From Cetorhinus maximus (lineage: Eukaryota): 64,000 bases of DNA. Below the pieces are notes generated by a model, which saw nothing but the letters and a program-made list of their open reading frames with translations, made no database searches and was not told the origin of the DNA. The position numbers were made by a program, and so were the translations under genes. Every line of letters begins with the position of its first letter. Positions within the stretch are counted from its first letter, which is position 1. The DNA lies in assembly GCF_964194155.1 (NCBI RefSeq), contig NC_135906.1, forward strand, positions 23,312,001 to 23,376,000, given 5' to 3'. This document shows, in pieces, positions 38,601-52,552 of this stretch.

Positions 38601-38989
38601 ATGTAGGATACATGGCAGCCAATTTGCACACAGCCGGCTCTCACAAACAGCAGTGTGATAAATGACCAGATAATCTATTTTAGGTATAGACTGAGGGATA
38701 ATATTGGTCAGGACTCTAGGGAGAACTCCACTGGTCTTCTTCAAAATAGTGTCGTGTGAGCTTTTAGCTGAGGGAGAGAGCAGGCCAGCACACCAGATTT
38801 AACATCTCATACAAAGGTCAGCACCTCTGACAATGGAGCATCCCCTCGGCATGACACTGAGGGTTACTGCTTCATAGCTGGCTATGATCCTAGCCTAAGA
38901 CCAGCTAGTTTAGCACCGACTGGGAAATGAGAGCATCATATTAGGCACTGTATGCAGTCAGGGAGGATAGAATCATAGAATTTCTTTGA

Positions 38990-40260
38990 AAAACAAATAT
39001 TTTATTCATAAAATTTGTAAATGTGCTTCACGTAACAGTTCAAATTTTATATTTTCTTTATTCTTTCTTGGGATGTGGGCATCACTGGCCAGGCCAGCAT
39101 TTATAGCCCATCCCTAGTTGCCCTTGAGAAGGTGGTGATGAGCTGCCTTCTTGAACTGCTGCAGTCCATGTGGTTTAGGTACACCCACAGTGCTGTTAGG
39201 GAGGGAGTGCCAGGATTTTGACCCAGTGTTACATTAAGTGGAATCCAGTTTCTTTCAACACAGTACATGGCATTGTGAGGTGCCTTGCAACACTTATAAT
39301 TACCAGTTGTATTTACAATATACATGTTATGTCAAACATTCTCTGGTGCATCCAGTTCATGGCTTTCAGCCCCTCAGTATACAATGACAGGAGGGCCTTA
39401 GACTATGGCCTTTCCCCATTGAGCCTTTGCAACGGCTGCCCCAAGGTTTATTGACTGGTACTGGACCTTGGAATATGCCAGTCTGCAACACTTGCTGGTC
39501 AACAGCTCTTTGCACTGTGGACCAGCAGGTTTTGGGCAGATCTTTCATTGAGCTGATGGTCCTCCAGCAGCAGCTGATATATGACTCAGGTGTGCCTCCC
39601 TGGGAACAGCCCACAGAGCACAGTGTCCTGTGTTACGGAGCTGCTCGGCGTGAATCTCAACAAAAACTACTCTTTCATTTTCCAGACCTGACTTTGCAAA
39701 GGAACATGCCAGAAGGTGGTGGGCGCACTGCAGCTGCCTTGAGGACAGGTGCGATGGCAGTGAGACTCTGGGCACGCACGAAGGATCTGACGGTGGGGAG
39801 GGGGACCTCTCACCACTTGTTTGAAAGTTCTGGTGATGAAGCATTCTGCCAAATGAATTGGACGTTCTGCTCAGGGAACCAACATCATCCACCATCTCTT
39901 TTCCCCTACAGGGCCTCAAGGATAATATGTGCGGCCCTTTGGCTGATGCACTTATGGTCAAAGGTGTTTTTCTGCACAAACATTTCCATGAGAAATGTGT
40001 GGTATCATACAATCATAGAAACAGCTTTTTTCCCCCCAGAATATACTTACAATCGTAAAATTTGTAAAGGTAGATTACATAACAGGTCAAATCTGACATT
40101 ACAGCAATTGCAATATAGGTCAGTTTCTTTCAATACAGTACATGAGGTGTCTCACTGCATTTACCATAATAGTTTATAGTTACAGTATACATTTACATTT
40201 CTTGTTGCAGTTTTACATGGATTCGAGCCCCTCAGTATAGAATAGCAGGAGGGTCTGAGA
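38990..40260 (-). mobile_element. L1/Tx1-like LINE 3' remnants
   Basis: Frameshifted Cys-rich zf-RVT-like C-terminus (CPQGSCSA...LLACSFAK...VWK) and a duplicated 3' UTR (TTTATTCATAAAATTTGTAA / AATCGTAAAATTTGTAA). Confidence 0.55.
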
Positions 40261-43200
40261 CTGAATCACTGAATAGCATGGCACAGGAGGCCATTCAGTG
40301 CATTAAGTCTGTACTGGCTCTTTCAAAGAGCAATCCAGTTAGTCCTGCGTTAGTGTTTACAAGTGAGGAGGTCCTGCGGTGCGGTGCGTAGCTTGGTCCT
40401 GCTTCCGAGCCAGAAGCTCTGGGTTTAAGTCCCACTCCAGGGGCTTGATGGCCACGAGGTGAGTTCATAACCTGGCCAAACAGGTGGAGTATCATCAGCC
40501 TGCAAATCCTTCCAGCACACGGCAAAGGCAGGTGGTAAGACTGGGAGAGATTGCTGGTCAGTGATGCGATGGAAAGAAACTCGAGCCTCTGCCATCGCTA
40601 TCCACAGCTCCGGACTACAAGATGCACGTAAAAGCAGCTCATATTCCTCGGAGAGCCGGGTGGCTGCTGCGGATTAGATTGGTGCCAGCAGTCTGGCTTT
40701 CAATCCCTGTTCTGGCAGGGATGGATTTGGGGACCTGCCTGTGTTGGCACTTGCCCTTGGGCAGCGAACTGGAGAAGGTCACGGTTCAAACAAAGGGGCA
40801 TTGGGGGGTGGCGGGGGGGACTTTACAGACAGGGCACAGTTAAAATAAGGATTTCACAAAACCAACCAGAACCAGCATTTTTGGACATCTGTAGAATATT
40901 TTTGTACTGCTTGTGGGGGACGAGATGGGTGAATCGGGTGTGTCCTTGTTAATGTCAGAGGTTCTGCCAGAGTTAGCGTAGTGAGTGAGGGAGGGAGGGA
41001 GGAGGGAGGTGGATAGTGGGGGGTGGGGATGAAGCGGAATCGATTAACTCACTGAAACGCCTCCTCCGCCATCACTTTGACGCACATTGGGACAAGCCGA
41101 GGCTGCGAACGATGCAACCTTCAGAGCAGACGCGCTGGGAAAAGGCAGTAACGTCACTGCAAACGCCAACATGTTGAAAGCTCTAGTGGGAGGGAGGAGG
41201 AGAAGAGCTGGTGTGAAGGTTGCTGAAGGGAGGGAGGGGGTGGGGGGAAAGCATGGACGCACAGTCCACCCCGTACGCCCCCACCTCCACCTCCACAACT
41301 GCTCTTAACATTGCCTTTCTTAACGCTTGGCTAAATGTTAATTGCACAGGGCACTGGAGGACGGGAGGGACTCGGTGCGTTTGCAAAGGCAACTGTGGCT
41401 GTTCGATCAGATCCCCGCCCTTCAGCTCATCATATAATTTCCCTGATAGAGCCAAGCATAATAATACCAACAATAATAGCCTCGGGTATTGCAGGCAGCC
41501 CCGCCACAGCAAAAGACAACATTTATGCCGAATTTGCCATTAAAGGGTGAAGGCTTTTAAGGGGTTTTATTTATTTTTTTTGCTTTAAAGGGCTGTCAGA
41601 CTCTGTATTTTCAGCAGTTTATTTATAATCCCCCCCCCCCTGCCATTCCAGATGGGCACTTAACGATTAAGGGCACCTCTGCTCCGGGTTGTTCGACCCC
41701 CCCCATAAAGTGGGCACCCACCAAACCACCAACTCACTCTTTCCCAGGTCCAAAATGGTCACAGGTCTGGAAACGTTATTCCCCGGCAGTGCCCCCCCCC
41801 AATGCTTGTGCTGACCCCGGTGGGCGCTGCATGTTCCTGTTTCCCAGGGTCGCCTGGGGGGCCCAGGTACTTACATCCTGGGAAGAGGGAAAACTAGCCA
41901 GAGATCCCACCCCAGCCTCCGTCCGCCCGAAGATTGGCAATGTGCGCCATACCCGGGCAAAGTGCTCACGTTAAATGTTCCGTCACGCCCCTTAATGGGA
42001 ACCTTTTCAGGCTTCGAAGCCAGTATTTACTTACTCTTCCCACTCCTGCGCCATTTATTTGTAAATGTCAGCCCAGTACACAATAAATTCTAAGCGTCAG
42101 CGGTGGTTCAGCGGGTAGCCCTCTCGCCTCTGAGTCAGAGCGAAGCTGTGGGTTGAAGTCCCCACTGCAGAGACTTGAGCACATAATCCAGGGTGGTGCT
42201 GAGGGAGTGCTGCACTGTCAGGAATGCTGTCCTTTGGGTGAGATGTTAAACCCCCATCTGCCATCTCAAGTGCTGGTAAAAGGACCCCATTTTGGCAGTG
42301 AGCAGGGAAGTTCTGCCTGGCATTCAATGTTAAATCCCTCAACCATTATAACTAAAACACACTACCTGGTTATGATTAGCGATTGCATCATTAACGTCAT
42401 TATTATGAAAGGTGGTGGAGCAACACTTATCTTCCCATCACAGCTGTACGTGGGATTTTGCTGTGCACAAATTAGCTGCAACTTTTCCCGGTTTACAACA
42501 ATTCTTCTTTTGGATGAGATGTTAAACCAAGATCCTGTCTGCCTTCTCAGATGGATGTAAGAGATCCCATGATACCCTTTTGAAGAAGGGCATGGGAGTT
42601 CTCCCCAGTGTCCTGCCCAATATTTATCCCTCAGCCCACATCACCATTAGTTTCTGGTCATTATTGCATTGCTGTTTGTGAGAGCTTGCTGTGCACAAAT
42701 TGGCTGTCTTGTTTCCTACATTACAACAGTGACTCCACTTCAAATGTACTTCATTAGTTGCAAAGTGCTTTGGGAAGCCCTTAGATGTGTAAGGCACTAT
42801 ATAAATGCAAGTTTTTTTCTTCTTTACACAAATTACAGGAATATAAAGACAATGAGAATGAAATGTCAAGTTGCATAGTTAAGAATTGAGGAATCTCAAG
42901 GTAGGATTTAAAGGAACTCAAACCTAGAGCACAATACATTACTCTCCAGTCTTAAATGTCCTTTAGTGCATTTTTAAAAAAACATGGGCTAAGGAATTTG
43001 ACCACGCACACTATGGATGAACACAACATGCATTATTTCTAAAACATGAGGAACCCTAGTAATCTAAAAACTTGACTGTCATAAATAAATCTTGTTTATC
43101 ATTAAAACTGAGAAGCTATTTACCTGGATTCCTGGTAAGCAAAAGGCATTTAATGAAAAATAGACCATTTGTTTCCAGATCTATTGTACTGGATGATCAC

Positions 43201-45499
43201 CCATGGTATTTTTCTTGGTAGGTCTTTTTTTTCATTCATTTACAGGATGTGGACACTGCCAGCATTTGTTGTCCATCCTTAATTGCCCTTGGGAAGGTAG
43301 TGGTGAGCAGTCTTCTTGAATGCAACTGAATGGCTTTCTTGACCATTTCGGGGGGACACCTATGAGTCAATGACACTGCTGTGCATCTGGAGTTACATGT
43401 AGGTGAGACAGGGGAAGGGCGGCAGCTTTCCTTCCCTAAAGGATGTCAGTGAACCAGATGGGTTTTTACAACAAACTGGTAGGTTCATAGTCTCCATTAT
43501 TGATACTAACTTTGTATTCCAGTTTTACTGGCTCCACTGGTTTATCAGGGTGGGGCACTATGATATATAGCCAACAATGTATTACTTGTGCTGCTAATGT
43601 GGATCTGAACTGATTATTTAATGTCACAAGGTTTAATTGCTGTGAGCAGATACACCCTGAGGTCAGTTAGAACATAATTCTTTCTTTGTAGCTTGGCACC
43701 AGTCTGTAGATCCCTGGCTCCTGCACAAGGTCAAAAAGAAAAGTAGGAAATGACTGTCTTTCTGTTTTACACGTTTTTTTTTAAAGATCACTCTCCATTT
43801 GTAACATATTGTGGCATCTAAAGTATGGCGTCTGACCTGTGACATTTGCAGTGTGACACATGAAGTGTGATGTCTTAAGTGTGACATCTGCAATGTGACA
43901 TGTGAAATGCGGCCTCTAAATGATGGATCCTTTCTCAATGCAGGGTTTTTAAATGCAGTGGGTTATAAGAGGTTTTTTTCTAAGTACCATAACCATGCGT
44001 AATCAATAAAAAGTTGGCATTCATATTTTGCATTATTGCAAAGCTGATATTAGTAATCTCCTTCTATCTCATAGATGTACATGACGAGGCTTCACTTTAA
44101 TATACAACCTCATGGGGACGAGAAGCAAAGAAACACACCTTTAAAGCATTAGCAAAGGCTCCTATCCCATCATGGCTCACCCCTGCCCATATATGTAACC
44201 TCCTTCAGCCCTACAGTTCTCCGAGATCTCTGCACTCTTCCAATTCTGGTCTTTTGCGCCTCCTTGATTTCCATCGCACCCCCATTTGTGGCCATGCCAT
44301 CCACTGCCAAGGGCCAAAGTTCTGGAACTCCCATCCTAAATATTTCTGCTTCTGTACATCAGAAGATGCTCCTTAAAATCTATCTCTTTGACAAAGTTTT
44401 TAGGCACCTGCTCTCATATTTCCTTATGTGTCAAAATTTGTGTTTGACAGTGCCCTTGCAGCAGACAATAAACCTCATCAAATGATATTTAGAGCTCACT
44501 GAAGGCCAGCCCTCGTAAACCTTGGGATACCGTGGTAAAGGCACTATACAAATGCAAGTTGTACTTGTTAAGGAAAAAAATGAATACCCAGCAAGTCAGC
44601 ATTCTTGTAGCCGGGAAAAACAGAACTTTCTACCCACGAACAATATTAAACTACAGTATTAAGGAGAGATTAACATTAAGTTTAAAAGCTCCCAGCCCAA
44701 ATTTTTAAGCATGACTTGTGCACCAGACAGTTATAATACAGTTGGCAACAGCTTGCAAGTGAAGCAATTGTGGGGAATTCATTCAGACTCTAGGAGGACA
44801 TTGCAGAAATTACCGGTATATTTTTATTAATTTACGCCAACCCACATGGGCAATTCTCAGATGCAAAATACAGTAGGTTTAAAAATGCTGTTGATGCTGA
44901 TGGTGCTAATTATTTTGCAAACCACGTAAATAGCACTTAATACAGCAGCACACAACAAGCAGAAAAATGCTCTCACTGGGCAAAAGTGCAGGGAATTTTT
45001 ACGACCACGTATCTTTTTCACAGAAACAGCTCGTCGTCAGTGTTTACCTTACAAACAAAACCTGCCGGGAAACTGAAACCACTCAGCATCAACAGACTTG
45101 CAACAACCTACTCCAGGACTTCATGGGTCATGCTCCAGTTGCCTTTAGATCATCTCTTATACCTACCGTCATTTTACTGTAAGAGGACTGGCCTTCAGTA
45201 ACTCTAATTATCATTTGGTAAGGCTTGTTGTCTGTCACATCCCTGCTTGAATAACCACAAAAGCTAAGATCAATTATTGCTGATCTTATCTGGATACTCT
45301 ATTCATAGTCAAGGAAATGATCATTTAGATTAAAAGGGCATAAAATGCTGACTTTGATTTCTATATAGCCCAAGGTGCAAATTTGTAATATGATCAATGA
45401 CAGATAGGAAAAAGCCTTTTAGTCCATCCAGCCTGTTCTATACACATACACTCTCCACCCCACTGAAACCAGGAGATCTTCTGGGAGTGGAGAAAAGCC

Positions 45500-46120
45500 T
45501 CAATGACCTGTTGATCTCGGAGGGGTTTGATTGATCTTATGCAACCTGGTGGGCTCTCTAAGATCATTTAGATCCTGGTAGACTCACTGTGACTCTATTA
45601 GTCCTGGAGAATTTCAATAATCCTATGGATACTGGGGGAGGGTGGGGGTTCAATAATCCTATGGATTCTGGAAGTATCTCAGTGATCCTAGAGGGGGCTC
45701 AATGATCTGATGGATTTTGGAGGGGTCTCAATGATCCTATGGATCCTGGGAGGGGAGATCTCAATGATCCTATGGATTCTGGAAGGGTCTCAATGATCCT
45801 ATGGATGCTGAAATGGATGGGGGGGAGGTCTCAATGATTCTAGAGGAGTCTCAATGATCTTATGGACACTGGAGGTGGGGTCTCAATGATCCTATGGATT
45901 CTGGAAGGGTCTCAATGAGCCTATGGATCCTGAAATGGGTGGGGGGGAGGTCTCAATGACTCTAGAGGAGTCTCAATGATCTTATGGACACTGGAGGTGG
46001 GGTCTCAATGATCTTATGGATTCTGGAAGGGTCTCAATGATCTTATGGATCCTGGGGGCATGGGTGGTCTCAGTGATCCTATGGATCTTGGTGTGCTCCC
46101 AATGATTCTATGGGTCCCTG
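45500..46120. repeat. Degenerate minisatellite of about 30 bp (GGTCTCAATGATCCTATGGATCCTGGAGG)n
   Basis: TCAATGATCCTATGGAT core repeated more than 15 times with variable G-rich spacers. Confidence 0.85.
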
Positions 46121-47590
46121 TGGGCTTTCTAAGATCTAGGGACTTCAGGCTATGGTGACCAATGGTATCTTCCTTTTTGGTTCTCTGCCTGAAGGCAGGT
46201 CCTTGGTGATTATTTGTCAAACAATGGCTAAGTGCCATGATCTTTTACTACGGCTGGGGCAAGGAGGCAGGTCCTAAGTCTACTTCAGCTGGAACAGGGA
46301 TCGAGTCCCATGCAGTTGGCATGAATCTGATCTGTATGTTAGCTAGCTAGCCGACTGAGCTAACCAGCTGCCACAGCCCTCACTCTCCCACCCGAACCAA
46401 TAGTATATGTTCACCAGTAAAAGACAGCAGATACCTGACAGTAGCTGATCCACACTAAACAACAGTCGTGAGACCCGTCACCCCAGTCAGGAGCTGAGGA
46501 GAGAAAAATGAAGCGAAAGAGACTTTGAAAAAAAAACGTCTTTGCAAACTGTAAGGGACCTTGCCTTTACGGGAAAGAATGTGGGACAATATTCTAAACA
46601 CGTTAAACGAACAATAATTCCTTGATGCTACAAACAAATCATTTTGGAACAGTTCAAGTTATTTGATGATCATATAATTATTGTTTCTTTGAAAAGGCAT
46701 GTTGTGGCCCATCCAGCATTCTATGTATTGTGTTACACTGCTGGGAAACAAAGGAAACAAGCCAGCAGCACCTACACATTCTCATTGAAGGGCATGCTCC
46801 AGTTATACAGAGACACTGGGGTTTTTTTTTCTTGTCCCATTTATGCTGCTATTACTTAAAGAGCCTCAGATGATATTCATATCAGTTAGACTCCACACAT
46901 ACAGACCAACGATTACCATATTAGTTACAGTGGTCAAAATAGCTGTACAATACAGCAAAATTACATGGCTCACCATTACTTCCCTCCTTCGGAAGCTGCT
47001 ATCTTTTGCTGCCGGGATGGGCCTGTAGGTGCGGACTGCTCGTTTGGAACCTCAACCAAGTGACCATTCTTCAATGAGCGAGCCGAAACATTAAGGCTGG
47101 GGGTTTGTGATTCTCTCTGGTGTTCCCAAGTCCAGGATCAATTAAAATGGACAAGCGGAAATTTGTGGGCGGGTGAGCACAGAGGCAGAAAGCCTTGGCT
47201 CAAGGGTCATCATGCTATCTGGCTGCAGAGGGCATCACGGGTGAGGAAGTTTCTATCTTTCGTCGGAAGTCCGCACATACATAGGACATACAAAACTCAC
47301 TCTAAACCCACTCACTTATGCAGAGTTAATATTGGGCCCTCATGGTTCCCAGCAGGGCGGACTGGATCAGCAATTGGGGAACCTTAGACAATTGTTCCCA
47401 CCCTGGGCCAGGAGCAGTGAGGCAAACTGTGAGATATGCTAACTCTGCTTCCCTGTAGATGCAATTGAACAGACTTCCAAAGGTAATGCAGGGCAGTGAG
47501 GTTCTGCCTCAGTGCAGTTAAATAGGGCTTGGGTTTTGAGACTTGCTGTGTAAGATCTGAAGGAGCATTTGAGAATGCCTCATATTTCTC

Positions 47591-48288
47591 CTGGGTAAAT
47601 GAAAGTTAAATTTTGACTTCAGCCCTTTCCAGCTTTGTACTGATCAACTTTCTGGTGAAGCACTGAGTCGGAGAGATCAGATTGAGTCCCATTCAGTAGT
47701 GAGTTAGAATCATACAACGGTTATGGGACAGAAGGAGGCCATTTGGTCTGTCATGTCTGTGCTGTCTCTCTATAACTGCTACTCAGATAGTCCCATTCTC
47801 TGCCTTTTCCCCACTGCCCTGAAATGTTTTTCTTCTTCAGATAATTGTCCAATTCCCTTTTGAAAGCCACAACTGAATCAGAAGTTAGCTGGAATCAGGC
47901 GGAGTTAAGGTGAGGTGCGATGATTCATAGTGCAGCCCTGGACTAGAGTGGAGAAAATCAAACAGGGCTCCTGACCCTGATGGGTGGTCCCAACAGGTCT
48001 TGGGATGGAGTAGATTGTGAGTTCGTGCTTTGGATGGGGGTTCCCCATTGGTACACGGCTGGTGTGCACCCCTGGGACTAGCTGAGTAGCAGTTATAGAG
48101 AGACAGCACAGACATGATGGGCCAGATGGCCTCCTTCTATCTTACAACTGTTGTATGATTCTAAGTCATTACTGAATGGGACTCAATCCTTAGAGCTTCC
48201 GATCTCTCCGACTTAGTGATTTGCCAGAAAGATGATCAGATACAAAGCCGGAGAGGGTTGAAGTCAAAATTTAACTGTCGTTTACCTG
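47591..48288. repeat. Inverted duplication of about 200 bp (arms 47591-47794 and 48074-48288)
   Basis: The arms align as reverse complements, including unique sequence and a CR1 tail. Confidence 0.85.
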
Positions 48289-50859
48289 ATTTCATTTAGC
48301 TGATCCATCTCCATCTGCCTTAGCTCAGTGGGTAGCACTCTGCCATCTCTAAGTCAGAAGATTGTGGGTTCAGGTCTCACTTCAGAGACTTGAGCACAAA
48401 AGTTCCAGGCTGCCACCTCAGTGTAGTACGGAGGGAGTACTGCACTGGTACATGAAACCAAGGCCTCCTCTGCCCACTCAGCTGGGCATCAACGATTTCA
48501 TGGCACTATTTGAAAAGGAATGTGGGTGTTCTCCCCAGCATCCTGACCAATACTTATCCCTCACCATCACCATACCAAATTATTTATTCCATTGGCTCTT
48601 GTGGGATCTTGCTGTGCTCAAATCAGCTGCCATGCTCCCCACGTCACAGCAGTGAATACATTTTGAATATTCTTAGATAGTTGTAAAGACTTTTGTGACA
48701 CCCTGAAGGCATGGAAAGCCCTACCTAAATGAAAAAAAAAGCCCAGATTATCTGGTCACATCACATTGCTGTTTGTGGGTACTGGCTGTGTGAATATTGC
48801 CTACCACAATTCCTACATTATAACAGTCACAACACTTCCAAAGTATTTCATTGGCAGTGAAGTACGTTGGGACATTCTGAGGGCATGAAAGACACTACAC
48901 AAATGCAAATTCTATGCATATATTTAAAGCTGTGGTAATGTCAGATATTCCACTCACTTTCTTAAAGACCCATTTTCCCTGTCACTTAACATTTAAGTGT
49001 GAATTGGATTGTGCATTTGAGATTATTGTGAGTTGCCAAGGAGATATGTCAGCAAGTATCATAATACTTTAGCAGCAGACATTGAAGTATTAAGCCAAAT
49101 AAGACTACAATGTTTTTTTCATTCGTTCATGGGATGAGGGCGTTGCTGCCTACGCCAGCATTTATTTCCCATCCCTAATTGCCCCTTGAGAAGGTGGTGG
49201 TGAACTGCCTTCTTGAACTGCTGCAGTCCATGTGGTGTAGGTACACCCACAGTGCTGTTAGGGAGGGAGTTCCAGGATTTTGACCCAGCGACAGTGAAGG
49301 AACGACGATATAGTGTAATTACTCCTTTGCTAATATTCTATAAGGTCTTCTTCACACATTGTGTTCTAATCTTAAAGGAACATTAAGAGATTCTTGGCTA
49401 TTGTGAAAATAGTATTGTTTCTCTGACCTTTACATAATAAGAACATAAGAAATAAGAGCAGGAGCAGGTCATTCAGCTCCTCGAGCCTGCTCTGCCACCC
49501 AAAAAAGATCATGGCTGATCTGAATGTGGCCTTAACTCCACTTTTCTATCTATTCCCCATAACCCTTGACTCCTTTGTTGATCAAAAGTCTAAAGAAATT
49601 AAAGTTCATAAGAATCTGATTTTGGATTTTAGAAGATGCAACTCACGATCGGAAATGCTTGTCTGGTCGCTATGAAGAGAAACTAGCATGTTAACAACAC
49701 TAATTGTAACAACGTATTATGCAATATGGTTACTGAACAGGATATTCCTGGTTTGATGCCTGATCTGAGCTGAGCTGGCTGATCTCGGCCAAACCAGGAG
49801 TTAGCATTGCATGGAAAGTACAGTACAGAAACAGGCCATTCAGTCCAGCTGCTCCACACTGGTGCTTATGCTCCACACAAGCTGCCTCCTGCCCTTCTTC
49901 ATCTCACCCTATCAGCAGATCTTTCCATTCCTTTCTCCCTCATGTGTTTGTCTAATTTTCTCTTCAATGCATCTATGCATTTTTGCCTCAACTACTCCTT
50001 GTGGTGGCAAATTCCACCATTCTTATCATTCTCTGGGTAAAGAGGTTTCTCCTAAATTCACCAGTGGATTTATTAGTAACTCTCTTAGATTTATGGCCTC
50101 TAGTTCTGGTCTCCACAACAAGTGGAAATATCTGCTCTACATCTTTTTTATTCTTTCATGGGATGTGGGTGACGCCAGCATTTGTTGCCCATCCATGATT
50201 GCCATAATTGACTGGCTTGCCAAACCATTTCAGAGGGCAGTTAAGAGTCAACCACATTGCTGTGGGTCTGGAGTCACATGTAGGCCAGACTAGGTAAGGA
50301 TGGCAGATTTCCTTCCCTAAAGGACAATTAGTGAACCAGATGGGTTTTTATGACAATCAATGATATGGTCACCATCTACCCTAGCAAATGCCTTCATAAC
50401 TTTAAAAGCCTAAATCTAGTATCCCCTCAGTCTTAAGAGAAACAGGGTTAACATTACAGGTCAAGGACCTTTGAAATTTTTTGTTCGTTGGTGCTGTTGG
50501 ATAGAGAGGTCAAGTGCGTACGTGTGGTGGTGCATGGCACTGAATGTGGATCGCAGGATGCAGCAAGAAGAGCAGTTCAAGGAATGTTGAATATCCCAGG
50601 GATACCTGTACATATATGAGGATGGAATTTCAGCTAAAATCCAAATGGAATAAGTCAGGGCCGGAGACAGTTGCTGAGGAAGGAGAAGTGGCTGTGAAAG
50701 CGAGATTTGGTAGACACCTTATCAAACACGAGGTTGGAAATGGAAAGCAATGAAGGTGAACAAGGTAAAGAAGACAAGCAGAAATCCTGTCTTAGAGCAG
50801 AGTGGAACTTCTTTAAGGCAAGGCGCTCCTGGAAGAGAAGTGGCAGTGAGTTAAACACT

Positions 50860-50992
50860 AAAATAAAACCAAAATACTATAGATTCTGGAAATCTGAAAT
50901 AAAAAACAGAAAATGCTGGAAAGACTCAGCAGGTCTGGCAGCATCTGTGGAGGGGGAAACAGAGTTAACGATTCAGGTCAAGGACCTTTTCC
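50860..50992 (-). mobile_element. Older Penelope pLTR tail fragment
   Basis: CTCAGCAGGTCTGGCAGCATCTGTGGAG tail with a partial hammerhead (AGGTC-CTT-GACCT stem II). Confidence 0.6.
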
Positions 50993-52552
50993 CACTCAGT
51001 TCTTTTCTAGAGAAAAGAACCCCAGCCTGTTCAGTCTTTCCCGACATGGCATTACAATTGGTCACAATATTTCTTGGGTTAGGAGGAAGAAAGTTGGAAA
51101 AGTTGTATACTATTGCTATACAATGACAGCTGTTGAAAAGCACGTGTGTGTGCGAGTGTGTGTGCTTGCATGCACATATGTGTTTGCAACAGGCCTGGCT
51201 GTGGTATGTCCCTAAAATTCAGTCTAGGCTCACACAACAAACACTTGCATTTATACAGCACCTTTAACATAATACAAGGTACTTCACAGCAGCATTATGA
51301 CATAAAAATTGCCAACAAACCAAAGAAGGAGGCATTAGGTCAGGTAACCAAAAGCTTGGTGCAAGAGACAAGTTTTAATAAGTGCCTTAAACTTAAGAGG
51401 GAAGTGGAAAGGTTTAGGAAGGAAATTCCAGAACTTAGGGACTAGACTGGCCTGGCTGCCAACTGTGGAGCGAAGGAAACTGGGGATGCAGAAAAGGCCA
51501 GATTTATAGGAACACCAAATTTGGACATGTCTGGAGTCACATTCGGGCATTTGGTACTGTAATCCAATTATGAATCAACATCTTCAAGAAAGGAGGGAAA
51601 CTAGGAAAAACAAACTTCTCATGGTACATCAAGGAACCTTTCAGTTTCTACTAGGTGAGTTAGGCCAACTGACATGTCAGCTATTCCTTAAGGCTGGACA
51701 CTGAATAAAGCAGCGCCCTGTTTGTATCCCTGAAAGCGAGCAGTGTCTGTACGTAAACACAGGTACAGCATACAAAGTTCAACCCACATATCAAGTTGTG
51801 GAACTGGAGACATTCCTCAGACTATTTGAAGGGACACTGTTCACTAAGCAATATTTGAGAGATGCTTTTTTCCCCCCCATGTGTTTACAAACAGACAACA
51901 TCATGGCACGAATCACATCAAATCTCACAGTGTGTCATTCACCCCTGACATCATAACAGAAATTATGTCATTTATTTAAGTCACCCCCAAACAAAAAGCC
52001 TTGCCTAACCAAACACAGTCAAAACTGGAAATAAACATTAAAGCTTCACATTAAACTTTCTCTTCACAGATTTGAATCAGGCTTCTTGCGTTTTTCTGAC
52101 AATTTCTGAACCACTAAATGGGGGTAGGAATCTCTTGTATGAGGACAATGAAGAAATGTACAGGGTATGCCTTATCGCATCAACTGAAAATGCTTTTTTC
52201 TCTCTCTCTGGATGAATTACTTTTGGTCTGAGGCGACTGCCGTTCTATCAGCGAGATAGTACCAGCCAGAGTGAGACCTTTAAATGTTCCATCCAACCTT
52301 GGGTTATTTCTAAGGGAACAGGGGGGTCATTTGTCGGCGCTGGCTTGTCAGACATGAAGCCGCGCTGCTGAGAGACGATTTTGCTGTAAAGGCTTTTTTT
52401 TTTTAAAAATACAATTATTTTCGGCCACATTTCACATTTGTTTTTGAGCGTCACTTTTTAAAAATAGATCTATTTGCAAATTGGAGGGTTTTTTTTTTGT
52501 TGTTGTTTTTTTGCTCTCTTTTGAGGATTGTACGCATTTGAAATGCCAGACT

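Noticed and set aside
39427-40179. 250-aa plus-strand ORF
   Set aside because: Antisense to a decayed L1/Tx1-like remnant; no coherent protein.
41183-41512. ORF with a signal-peptide-like stretch (LLLLVLLCLALSG)
   Set aside because: Non-ATG start; the hydrophobic run derives from an AAT/AAC-rich stretch on the opposite strand; no family resemblance or splice support.
43825-43905. Short (TGTGACAT...)n tandem of about 13-14 bp
   Set aside because: Ordinary small degenerate tandem repeat with no further evidence of function.
26190-46120. CRISPR-like appearance of the two tandem arrays
   Set aside because: No unique spacers, no cas genes, and a vertebrate context.
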